From positions 1,299,836 through 1,363,835 of the forward strand of contig NW_002060949.1 in the NCBI RefSeq assembly GCF_000150275.1: a DNA stretch of 64,000 bases, read 5' to 3'. Shown one piece after another: positions 1 through 11,709 of this stretch (the stretch's first letter is position 1; every line of letters begins with the position of its first letter). The position numbers and the translations under genes are program-made. The notes below the pieces were generated by a model, which was not told the DNA's origin, did not search any database, and saw only the letters and a list, made by a program, of their open reading frames with translations. Source of the stretch: Trichoplax adhaerens (taxonomy: Eukaryota > Animalia > Placozoa).

Positions 1-577
1 CGATTCAGGTATTGCTTTGAAATAATAGTATGTAACTCAAAAATTTTGTAGTATAGTTAGCCTTGTTTTTTATACTATTTTGATTGTCTGACGAGTTTAC
101 GCTGTTTTTTTTTTAGAAGAGGAAATTGATGTAGTAACAGTAGAAAAACCGAATAAACGAAAGCTAAGTTCCATTGAATTACCTCAGCAGCACAAAGTGA
201 CCGAAGATTTACAAAGCCCTACGAAACGTGCGAAATCTCCGCAAATAAGTACCAAAGGCAAAGAAGCTTGTAGCCCGAAGGGAGGGTTATCCGTAAAGCC
301 GGATATTGATAATGATGTTAAACGTGCAACTCATAATGTTTTAGAGAGGAAGAGACGCAATGATCTGAGGTATAGTTTCCAGACGCTCCGTGATCAAATA
401 CCGGACTTGGAAGATAACGAACGTGCACCGAAAGTTAACATTTTAAAGAAGTCAACAGAGTACATCAAGTTCTTGAAAGAGGAGGAGAGTAAGCTAATCT
501 CGATGAAAGAAACGGAAAGAGAAAGAAGGAAAGCTCTCTTGGCCAAAATCGACATTTTAAAGAGCAAAAGAAATTAG
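1..577 (+). CDS. MYC: Myc bHLH-ZIP transcription factor, 3' part (exon end 1-8; last coding exon 117-577); 5' part lies outside the window
   Basis: Splicing 1-8 (gt at 9) to 117 (ttttag at 111-116) gives DSEEEIDVVTVEK (Myc box IIIb). C-terminal RATHNVLERKRRNDLRYSFQTLRDQIP...APKVNILKKSTEYI is the Myc bHLH, followed by a zipper; TAG at 575-577. Confidence 0.96.
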
Positions 578-912
578 ACTGATCGTCATGTACTCTGGTT
601 CACTGATATATCGTTGACGATGTTGGTAGCTGAGATAAAAAGATTTTATGCAAAGTATCAATTTGAAAAATTGCCACTACAGTACTGTATGTATGCTTAG
701 TGCTCTTTTAATGTAAAATACCTTGACAAATTTCGAAATTGAGTTGATCGCACTACATAGTTTAGCTGCAGTTACTAATGGAAGGCAATGTACAATTTGT
801 AAAGCCGACACGTAACTGTTTGCTATGAGATTGTTACAGTAATATTATTGAAACAGACCTGTTTTAGGGTATCAACTACACAATTTTATGTAATTTTTTC
901 ATTTCTTTAGCA

Positions 913-918
913 AATAAA
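913..918 (+). other. Candidate Myc polyadenylation signal AATAAA (second copy at 1016-1021)
   Basis: AATAAA about 335 nt after the Myc stop, followed by T/GT-rich sequence. The AT-rich background makes this weak. Confidence 0.35.
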
Positions 919-2353
919 GAAGGAAAATTACGCTATTTATTTTCACGGCCTGCTTATTGTATTGCTTTTTGTGCTATCTTCAGTATCAGTACGAAAACGA
1001 AATTTTCCAGCCTGTAATAAAACTGTACGCTCACGATAACTTATTTTTCAATGTACTCTACAGTAACTACTACACTATAGTTAACTACCATATACAATAA
1101 GCCTGATATCAACCCTACTACCAACTTTGTTGATCTTGATGATTATTATAATATAAATGGTTTTAACTCGCTGAAGCTGCGTAGTATCGTTAGTTCGTAG
1201 ACATCATCATGTAGTAACTGTAATAAAATGTACTATTCTACGCGTGAACAATCCAACAAGATTTAAAAGTAATTTTATTAATTTACGTCTCTTTTGATCA
1301 AACGTCTTGACAAATAATCTAAAATCAATCAATTGAAAAAAGGAACAGTACCGACAAACGCTCAAGCAGCACAATACGGAGGGAATCAGAACCTTATTAC
1401 AAAGTTGTAACATTGCATAGTTTACTCATTGCCGAGTCGATCATTAATCTAAAAATTCAATAATGCCATGGATGGTAATGGATCGATTAAAATTTTTAAC
1501 GGTAGCAAATTGACAATCGAAGTATCGATGTCTGACACTGTCTGTACTTTGGCCACCTGCAAATTTGTGATTTTAGTCTGCTTAACAAACACCGCAACAA
1601 TATAGACAATAAAACTTACAGGTAGGTACGTTAAATGAGGATACAAGAATTGTAGTCTATTATTAATTAATTACACTATCGTATCGTACGCGTCATCTCC
1701 ATTGCTATAGTACAGCAGCACTGTAAAGTGGATCATGGAAGATTGGTTATGCTAAAACGACAAGACACCCAGTTGGAGGCTTCTGAGTTATGTACAGTAC
1801 TGTAGATTTTACTATTTGTGGATGCCTTCCAACTTATTTTCATGTTCGTGAAATTTGAGTCTTCTCAAGTTATGTCATGACGATAGTACAAGTAATTTCG
1901 CGTTTCCTTTCAACACATTGTAAAAGGAGAAGATAATACTGTTTACGCTGAAGGTAACGAAAGTAACGTGACGAATGTGGAAAAGATTTTTGATGGATAA
2001 CAGTTCCATCTGTAAGTTGGGTATTTATTTGGCTCACTTACGAAGCTAACTCCTTCTCATCACTATCGATCAAAATGGATGAGAGTCAAAGTAATCATAA
2101 CCGAAAATACGTTAATCCCTTTTCTTTTTCAAGTCATGATGGAAAATTTTCAAAGTTTCCATCGCTCTTGCCATTTTGTTGTTTTGAGCTGTTCAACTTA
2201 CACAGGGACAACATACACTGTATCATACTGAATACTTTTTACTTTCATTGATCTCTTTTTCTCCTTTTTTTAGTCGTCCTAGTATGAAAACCGACATAAT
2301 TTATGCAGCTGCAGGGAATCTTCGATAACCTGCTTAAAGAATTGTCCTGAATT

Positions 2354-3040
2354 GTACAGTACTGTACTGTTAAAGTCAAAAAGTATCTGCTACGTACTGT
2401 AAATGATCATACGATACTGTATTGATAAACGAGCAGTATGCGACATTATGTATCGTTTGCACGGTGTACAGTACAGCACAGTAGACACCAGATGTGGCGG
2501 TCGATTTTGGCGCGAAAGAAGACAGGCTCTTTTGTTTAGCTTTGGCGAAGGGTGATTGTCTTCACACATCAAACTAATTAACATTCAACTTGGTTTCAAT
2601 ACAATGTCCATTTCTTTGTTTAATGTTCAATACACGTATGTACAATTAAACAATGATTGCAAAACGCTTGCAGGCACATTTGTTAGAAAATGTTTTGCCC
2701 AAATCTCTTATCTAGATAAAAGCAGCTTAAAGTACGTCCTGAAAAGAACAATACTACCAACAAATTGTTGTTTAGAACACAAATTTGCTGCATCCAGTTA
2801 CTGCAGTCTACTACTGTGCTTCATTCAAAGGCTGTCCTACCAATAAGCTACAGTATACTGTATCACTAGCATCATGAGGAGGAAAAAGATGCGACATACC
2901 GTACTGTACAGTACAGTACTACAGTATCTTGTACTGTACAGTATTTTAGGCCGTACGGTACAGTACTGTACTGTACAGTACAAAACCTGACTAAACCAAA
3001 TTGCACTTACAGTGTACAGTACGGTACTGTACTGTACAAT
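2354..3040. repeat. CAGTA/TACTG pentamer island downstream of Myc (subclusters about 2354-2480 and 2900-3040)
   Basis: Dense runs such as gtactgtacagtacagtactacagta, cagtactgtactgtacagtaca and acggtactgtactgtaca. Confidence 0.75.
2505..2517. promoter_or_regulatory. Overlapping double E2F site TTTTGGCGCGAAA
   Basis: Its reverse complement contains TTTCGCGCCAAA, the classic DHFR-type E2F element. It lies between two CAGTA/TACTG clusters. Confidence 0.5.
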
Positions 3041-6000
3041 ATAAAAACAAAGGGTAAACACAATTTAACGATTTTTAATCAAACGAGCTTTGGGTAGACT
3101 GTAAATTTTAAAAATTCAAATTTGAAGAAATATTATTATTAAGTGTAAGATAGTTTAGACAAGTTTCAGACAATTCTTTAAAACACGTCCAATTCTATCG
3201 TAAATATTAGAGATCTGTATGTGCCGGACTGAACGAGGTCGGGGACTACTCCAAAAACAAGATGAGAGTATAAATTACCGTCGTCTGCGATTCCTCATCC
3301 AATTTATTTATTTATTATTCTTATTCCCTATTATTCTTTTTTATTATTATCTTTTTTTTGTGAGTGATTCCTGTGACTCATGAAAAGAAAAGAAAGAGAT
3401 GGACAGCATGTACACTCATTTGTAGAAATAGAGATTCGTTATTACTGTACAGTGTACAGTATAATTCTATACCAGAACGATCCTCGATCAGACAGTCTTC
3501 CCAATCAGGCATACCAGACTATAGAACACTCAGTACAGTACGGGTAGTACTATAATATGGGTTTCATACAATCATGTATGGGATAAATTAGAAATTCCTC
3601 GTACTAGCAGAAATATACTGTTTACATGATATATACTCGTATGGCATACATATACGTTATACATAGAGATACGAGTATATATTTATATTATATAGCTAAT
3701 AAGCTTGATTACTAATCGAATAGTAAGAGCTCAGAAGCTAGTCTATAGATAGGAATTGAGAAAAATTAATATATATATAAATAAATACCATGGATATACA
3801 TACATAAGTGAAACTCCATATGTCGTCATGTCGATGCTATTAATTAGTTTTCCCCAAGAATGATATAATATTATTACCCCTAATGATAATGAATTTTTTG
3901 AGATTCAGCTTGTACAATAGCTTTCGGTTTAATTGATTGATTTTATCGATAATTTATCCAGAGTACAGTAGCAGTAGAGATCGATCTTATATCTGCGTAT
4001 TTTTTTGAATACTGTTGTAATACTTAAATGTGAAATAATTGTCTTATCTTAGTCTATTTTCCTATTTTCGATTATAACATAATACAAGAGAAAGTTTAAT
4101 TTCCTAATTACTTTAATAATTAATTGATCTATTTCCTCGGAAGTCACGTAATGTACTGTGTCAAGTATTATCTAGAAATTGATCCAGCATTCACCAAGTA
4201 CTCTATTTTATCTAGACGTTTATCACAGTATATACGTGTATACGGATACAGTCAATCTCATCGTACTTTTGAAGCTATAGTTATGTCATCGTATTTAGAG
4301 AAAACAAATCACTGCACTATTATCTTCTATAAATCTGGAATCTGTGATTTAACCAAAGACAGTATATCTTATCTGGAAAAATGTTGAAACAAATTTAAAT
4401 CAGTGTTGAATCGTCTATTTAAATAAATCTATTCACCTTTTACCTAATGATTGCTACATTCGAATATCGTAGCTGACGGAAATAATGTTTCTTTTTTAAT
4501 AAGTAATAGTATAGTATGGTATGCATTAACATAATTTATAAGTTATCTTGAAATTATAGTCTACTATAGAATAAAATAAAAACAATAATACTCGCACTCT
4601 AATTCGTAGAGATGTAATTTTAGTCTTTTAGAGTTAATTATCTTAAATGATACTTTATACAGAAATTGCAGTTATCTTTGTTCTTGGTGCTATAAGCCAA
4701 GTAAATTTTCAGTTCTATCTGCTAAATTATGAAACCATTAATACATCCACTAATCATTATCGAATGCTATAAATAACATTTGATAATAATTAATTACTAC
4801 GATATCAAGTATTAGCGATTAATGATGGCTATCTTCTATTCTTGATATAAACGATCATTTTTAAGCAAATACTACGTCCGTCAATACATTCTGAGGTAGT
4901 GATACTGTAGATTATCCAATCATTGAACTAACACTCATTTGCACAAGTTCAAAGTAAAAGTACTCTTTCAATAATTAATTTTCTTAGAGCTTACTAATAT
5001 AAATATATTCACTGTAATTGTTATAGAAATGATAAAAAACATCGTATTATGGTGTTGGTAAATAAGTCACACTGGTTTCGGTATTATACTCGAATATACA
5101 GTTAGTACATAAAAATATAGTAATCAACTTCATCGCTTGGCCTCTTAACGTATACAATTTCCTATCCTACATCACTGTGATATCGGCGAATATAGATCAC
5201 ATTGTCGAAAAAATGATAAAATTTTTAGTAACAGTACGTATTACAAACCTCTTCGCTATTAATAACGTACGGTATATGTTATGGGTAAAATTTCGTCATA
5301 ATTGTTATTGTGAATTTCTTGGCAATTTGTATAACGAGTATCTTAATATAGGTAGCAAGAGCGAACAACATTAAAGTTATTTATAGCAAATATACTGAAC
5401 ATAAGATGCTCATTAACTTAAACGAATCTAATCAAATCTGTGGTTCTACAACGGAATAAACATACTAGTATATTCTAAACTGTTGTGACAGCCAGAGTTA
5501 ATCGAGACTATTATTGTTGCGCTCTAGAAATCATTAATAATTCGTAACTTTGAAATTATTATTTTATTAACTGTTTACTAATATTAACGTTACAAATACA
5601 GATGCTAATCAGCAGTTTTTAGTAATTAATGAGTCTCTAAAAAAAGATTATTTATTAACGTTCACTGTAATGATACTGATTACATTCTTTTTTATGCATA
5701 ATTAGATCTGATAATTTCTGTATTACTGACATTTCGTCCTTACCCTTAGAATTTTAGCTTTATCACAGTAAGATCAATGCTTAAGGTATGTAGTATCAAA
5801 ACACAGTCTATTACTAAACTAACGCCAAATGTTTCGTGACTGGCATATGGAATACAGTACAGCCAGAATTAGTCGTTATAAAATTAGATAAGTAGAAACC
5901 TAGTCTGTTCGTGTCTTACACTCCTGTATACTTATACAATACCTTAAATGGAGTAAGATATTGAGTGAAGTTAAAGTTTCAAATAAAACGTTACTACTCT

Positions 6001-7444
6001 ATAGGTTCGATTACAATTTTAGGCGACTACGTATCTAAGGCGCTTATAATATCACTACATACACGTGTATTAGAACAGAAAGGTTCACATTCATGACAAA
6101 CTACAAAATCATTGTTATACCTTTGGGTATTGCAAAAAACTGATATATTCGCCCCAAGAATAGCTCATTTAATAAATGTTGAGAAGATCAATATACCAGC
6201 TAGAAGAAGTAGAAAAATACACGATAGATCTGTAAGAATCTGTTATACAAGTAAGTCCTAGTTCGGGTAGTAAACGCAACGAATACGATATTAACGAATT
6301 CGTATCATCGAAAGTAACCACTCATCAAGTACGCAATAGACTATAGTACATTGTAAAAAGAGAATTTGACAGCTATACCAGTATTTTGGCCTAGCAATGT
6401 CGTGTATAGCTTAATAAACGCAGTAAACAGTGTTGAGGCCCAGTGGTATTTTTATAAATAGGGATAAAATGATCAAAATTAAAAAAACTATTTCATCATT
6501 GATTAATTGTTCTTATCGCTTATATGCTGTAGTGTCATTTGTCTAAGAGAAATTTTGGGTAAGATAGTAATGGTTAAAAGAAAGAATCAATTCGAAATCA
6601 GCTGAAATGAATTTATAGTACGTGTAGAAGGTGATAGAATCTTAAATAGATTAACTGATAGACTTTAAAGTATACAGTACATTTCTCGTTAATAGTTAAG
6701 ATGAACGACCCAGGTAAGACTTAATGTTACCTTAGCCACTGATCGTCTAGTAGATGTTCAGCTCGAGTCATTTAAACTTACAAATGATTATGTAATCTAG
6801 CTGCTATACTTTCGGTCAATTAAAATATCAATAGCTAGCCAATTTAAAAGATGAAGCACTCCCTAGATGGCAGGGTAGAAGTGTTAGCAGCGGATCAGTC
6901 TAATATAACTGATAGGTTCTGCTTGGCATTTAACTAAAAACGAACTATTATATCATGTTAACTCTGAATTAAATGTTTACAATTATATTAACGACAACTT
7001 TATATTAGAATCATTAAATACTTTTAATATTTCTGAAAAACAACGTGACAATGTGAAATACAGACTTAAATTTAAACACCGTCTGACGAATTATTTCTAG
7101 ATTAGAACAGAAACTCATAAGGTAGTTGCATGTCGCAGCGGAAGCTCTCATTACTTCTGATCCACTATGTTTATGTACAGTATACAGTAATTTAACAATG
7201 CAGTACTTGCGTACAAAACTGTACTACTTTGTTCTCTCATCAAATACTGTAAACCAGCAAGAAATTACAACTTGAAATAGTACCAAACGATAATACATCA
7301 ATGAGAATATGATATTATTACAATTATTTACGAACAATACATAAGATCAAAAGGATAAAATAGTAGAAGTCAGCTGAATAGCTAACTGATTCTAGGTTCT
7401 ATAACATTGATAACACCTCGCTAACTAATACCAATAATTACTAC

Positions 7445-10286
7445 TTAAGATGCTTGTATATCTTGTAAGCTTGTTTCATGAATTCCGTCCTTATCGATAA
7501 ATTTGATATTAAATGATGGCAAGTTTATTATAAATCTTTTTTTCACCTGTAAATGTTTACCATTGATAAGACAAATTAGTGTATCAGATAGCAGGGTGTA
7601 ATTTTAGCGTATTTATAGGCGTAGTATAACTAATACCTCATCAAGACATAAACTTAGAACCTTTAAGGCTTCAGCTTTAGACATTCCTGTATTTTAAACA
7701 CATTATTTTAGTTGTTGAGTAGATACTATAAAGATATAATAAAGTTATGGTATTATCATACCTTTTTTGTAATATCTATCCAAAATACTAAAAGTAAAGT
7801 AAGATCCATAACCATGAGCACCGAAAGGTAACTTTACAAAGAGAGATTTCGTAATAAATTATGTTTAGATCATTCCTTTACAATAGTGCAAATTTGATAG
7901 CAGCTTTTGCCAGCGAATTGAAATTAATTCAGCAAAATAAACCATATTACCTTTTGTAACGATGCTAGGTAATCCAAATAGTATAGCGACGGGCCATCAT
8001 ACTCATCATAACCACCAATTAACATATTTACTGTGTAGGGTGTCTATCATTACGAATATTGTCATTCATTAATTATCATAATTGATAGCACAACTCTTCT
8101 ATTGAAAATTTTGCTAAATAAATTACTGCAAACAATTCTATTCTATGGCAATTGTTGAAAGCCCATCCAGTTTCAATATTACAATTTCTGGTACTCTATT
8201 TTAAATAAGATTTAATGATTTAAAAATTACCGAGCTTCTTAAACTCTGAGCAAGTTGATGGCGCGTATAATTTGCTGCAGCATTGGGCGTCATTGAGTAG
8301 CCTAAATATGTATTCAAATATAATATTAGAAGGTCTATTTGCAAATGATAAACGTGGTAAATTAGTACTGTAGTACAAATGACTACTTAATTTTATCTCT
8401 ATATCAAGAAATTTTCGTAAGACAAACCGTTTTTTATTCTATATAATTCTACATTTTTCGCTACAAACTCAGCAAACTGAACAGAATCACCGGGATCGCC
8501 ACTGCATGCCATCATGACTTTATCGCCAAGCTTGAAAGTCTTGTCATAAGCTACATAGATTGCCATGTAAAGGTGATTAGAAAAAGTTACCGGTTTACTG
8601 ATTACTGGTACGGCAAAATAGCTCAACTATCATCATTAGATCATAATCTCCATTTTCGAATTGATGAGGAATCAGCTAGTGACATTACAGTGATATATTC
8701 TTACTAAATGTGTACAGTATACTATCGGATATTGTAACTCACAGAGGAGATTTCTGAACAACTGCTTTGACATTATACTACAATTACAGTGTGTGTATAG
8801 ACAGTAGAACATTTTACGCGTAAAGTGATTTACGTAGGGTTGAAGATGAAATATTCTGTTGCTGACTGTATCGTAGCAAATCGTTAGATAAGCGATAAAT
8901 AGCAAAATTAATTTATACATCGGATTTTAATTTAGTCCTATTTTGATAATTTATGTATAATACTAACATGTGTTGTTCTACCATTGCATATAATCCGTAT
9001 GTACAGTATGATGATTCTAACTGTTCATTATAAGCACGCCAAATTTTCTCTCTGACAATGTATTAGTAATTCTAAATTTATTCTACTGACTGATACGATA
9101 CTTATAGTAACTGTTCGAACTGGAAGCGGTAACGAGAAGCACATTTTATGATGGCATGATGACATGTCATCTGCTTCAACATAATCCACCACTGCTAGCA
9201 TTGCCTTTTATCGTGCAATTTTAAATCTAATTTTATCAAATAATAAGATTTGGCTGTTTGTAATATTTATAGCTCCGGTATAACTAATGACTTATTGACA
9301 AGAATTAAAATAGCTACAAAAATGATCATTGCATCGTAGGAGCCGTTCGTTTGCAGGTAATAATTATAGCTGCAACAGGATTCAGTAGTTGGAATTCTGC
9401 TAAACGCTTACGTATAGAATAAGGTAAAAGTACAGAAATAGCGTTTCTTGTACTTGAGAGTATTCAAACTGATAGCATAGCGTGCATCTTACTAGCAACA
9501 GTACTGCTCTCTACTATGTAACATGAAACCGTTCAAAGCAATATCCTTGTATTACTACTATTTACGGTACAAGTAACAAGGCAAGAAATTGAGAACTTCT
9601 TCATGATCGTAAGTCACAAAAATGATGGGATTCGTTACTACTTGATTCGATCAACTGATGACCACTGGTTCAGTAGTCATTTTTTTTTCAACAGTATCCA
9701 TGATACATTTCTACTAATTTAAGTTCAGGTTATTGCAATTTGAAAAAAAGAACCGTAGATTGACGACATTGATTTATTTCCAGCATGAAATATGTACTAT
9801 AAAAAAGTTAAAACTCTCTTTACAGAATATGCGCTTGCGACTTTTGTGGATTAAGTCGACCGGACTATCATTGCGTATCAAGCATGCGCCTCCTATGGAT
9901 AGGTTGTAGATATCAGGCTGTTGACTAAAACTAGGCAATAGTAATACAGTAAAAAAGCAGTTTCTCCATTTTAAAATTGTTCATACCGTAGACTACACTA
10001 GGACTGCTATGTTTTAAGTGTATATGATAGACTAAAATCATTGACATCAAAGTTCACTGACATGGTTGACAGTGAATTTTCAGAGAAAATGACAGCGCTT
10101 ATACGAATTCTAATTCGTATTACCACTTTTACATTGTCAATTCAAAGACGGAAAATCTTAAAACTTATTGATATTGCATAGCCATGATTTATTACCTTCA
10201 TTCATGACAACTACACTGCGTCCAGCCGTTGAATCGCTAGCAACAAGAACAAAGTCTTCTCCAGTTAGCCCAATAAGGAACTCCAT
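7445..10286 (-). CDS. PSMB2: Proteasome subunit beta type-2 (beta4), 199 aa, 7 exons
   Basis: Exons 10286-10196, 8550-8428, 8301-8231, 8043-7951, 7831-7762, 7686-7637, 7546-7445 total 600 nt, all GT-AG and in phase. Protein [18 protein letters not shown]...[17 protein letters not shown]...[13 protein letters not shown]...[17 protein letters not shown]...[11 protein letters not shown]. Confidence 0.96.
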
Positions 10287-11709
10287 CTTGGAAGTTAAGA
10301 ACGACGTACAAGCAATACACTGCCGCAAAAGGGATTCAATCACCGTGACTAAGGTCGTTTGTTGCATTGAGCATGAGCAGACCAGGCTCAAGTGCCTAAC
10401 TACGAGCTACTGTACTGTACAGTGTACTGTACTGTACAGTACAGTACTGTCGGGTGAAGCCATCTACAGTACGACTCCTGTAGAGTACGGTACTTAGTAC
10501 GGTGCTGTTGGTACAGTAGAAAAGCTTACAACTGTACAGTACTGTACTGCAGTCTACACTGTAGTACATTAATACAATATTAGGTAAAAGTGGCTCCATT
10601 AACCTCATTTTAATCAATTCAATTAAAAGGCCAAGTTATTCAGTTTTCTATTCGTATAATTTTTATTACATTTTGATTGACTCTCGTCATTTTAGGGCAC
10701 CTTAAAGTACTCTGATTCGAACTGGTTCACACTGTACGTACTGTACGGGAAGAAAGAAAAAAGATTTTACAGTACAGTACTATGCTTACAGTGTACAGTA
10801 CCCTACAGTGGCTCGCAACTACTGTAGACAGTGGATTCTGCTTTTCGCAGACACGATTCATTTCAAGTCCCAGTCTGAAACGTTCTGATCCGTGCCGTCC
10901 GTGACCCGTACCGTCCGTGATCCATACCAGCCGTCAGCCAGTTCAAGAACTTTGTACTGTACGGTAAGTGCCTAACTACTGTACTGTACTGTACTGTACT
11001 GTACTACTGTCGGGTGAAGCTATCTACAGTACCGCTCCCATCGAGTACAGTACTTAGTACGGTACTGTCGGTAGAAAAGCTTACAACTGTACAGTACAGT
11101 ACTGTACAGTACTGTAGTACGGGAAGAAAGAAAAAAGATGTTACAGTACTATGCTTACAGTGTACAGTACCCTACGGTGGCTCACAACTACTGTAGACCG
11201 TGGATTCTGCTTTTCGCAGACACGATTCATTTCCAGTCCCAGTCTGAAGCGTTCTGAGCCGCAACGCTCCGATCCGTGCCGTCCGTGACCCGAACAAGCC
11301 GTCAGCCAGTTCGAGAACTTTGTACTGTACGGTATCATACTGTACTGTATGCAGATGGATGGTTTGACAGTATGGTACTGTACTGTACAGTACCAGCAGT
11401 CAAGGATTATGTCACAAGCTACTGCAACGAAGGGAACCGTAAGTCATCTGTCGCAGACGATCAATTCATTGAATAAAATCGCTCACCATTTTCGGATTTT
11501 TCATTGATTTTGCAATCATTTCATAGTTTCATAATTGTTACTATTGCATTTCCTCATCTACAACCAAGCAAACTCGACAACAAACGAGACTATCTGTTGT
11601 AATTAAGAGAAAGACAGAAGGAGTTGAGACTAGTTCTTGCAGGCCTTTTTAACAGCAACGAACCTATTAGTTTGGTTAAGCAGCAGCAGCCACTTTAGCA
11701 CTATTTTTA
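10287..11709. promoter_or_regulatory. Putative bidirectional promoter of PSMB2 and ARFGAP1
   Basis: 1.4 kb between divergent ATGs (10286 minus, 11710 plus), richer in GC/CpG than its flanks and containing a pentamer island. Confidence 0.7.
10390..11333 (+). repeat. Direct tandem duplication of a ~370-bp CAGTA-rich unit (copy A 10390-10965 with a ~165-bp extra segment; copy B 10966-11333)
   Basis: Both copies start aagtgcctaactac, share cgggtgaagc.atctacagtac, agaaaagcttacaactgtacag, gggaagaaagaaaaaagat and ggattctgcttttcgcagacacgattcattt, and end agaactttgtactgtacggt. Confidence 0.92.

Noticed and set aside
197-577. Myc as a standalone 126-aa ORF starting at GTG 197
   Set aside because: The frame is open back to the splice acceptor at 116, so this is the last exon of a longer gene.
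6860-6873. CTCF-like motif CCCTAGATGGCAG
   Set aside because: A single partial match expected by chance, and CTCF is considered bilaterian-specific.
10390-11395. Calling the pentamer islands MITEs or transposons
   Set aside because: I could not define terminal inverted repeats with target-site duplications by eye, and the islands share no sequence beyond the pentamers. A transposon origin remains possible but is unsupported here.
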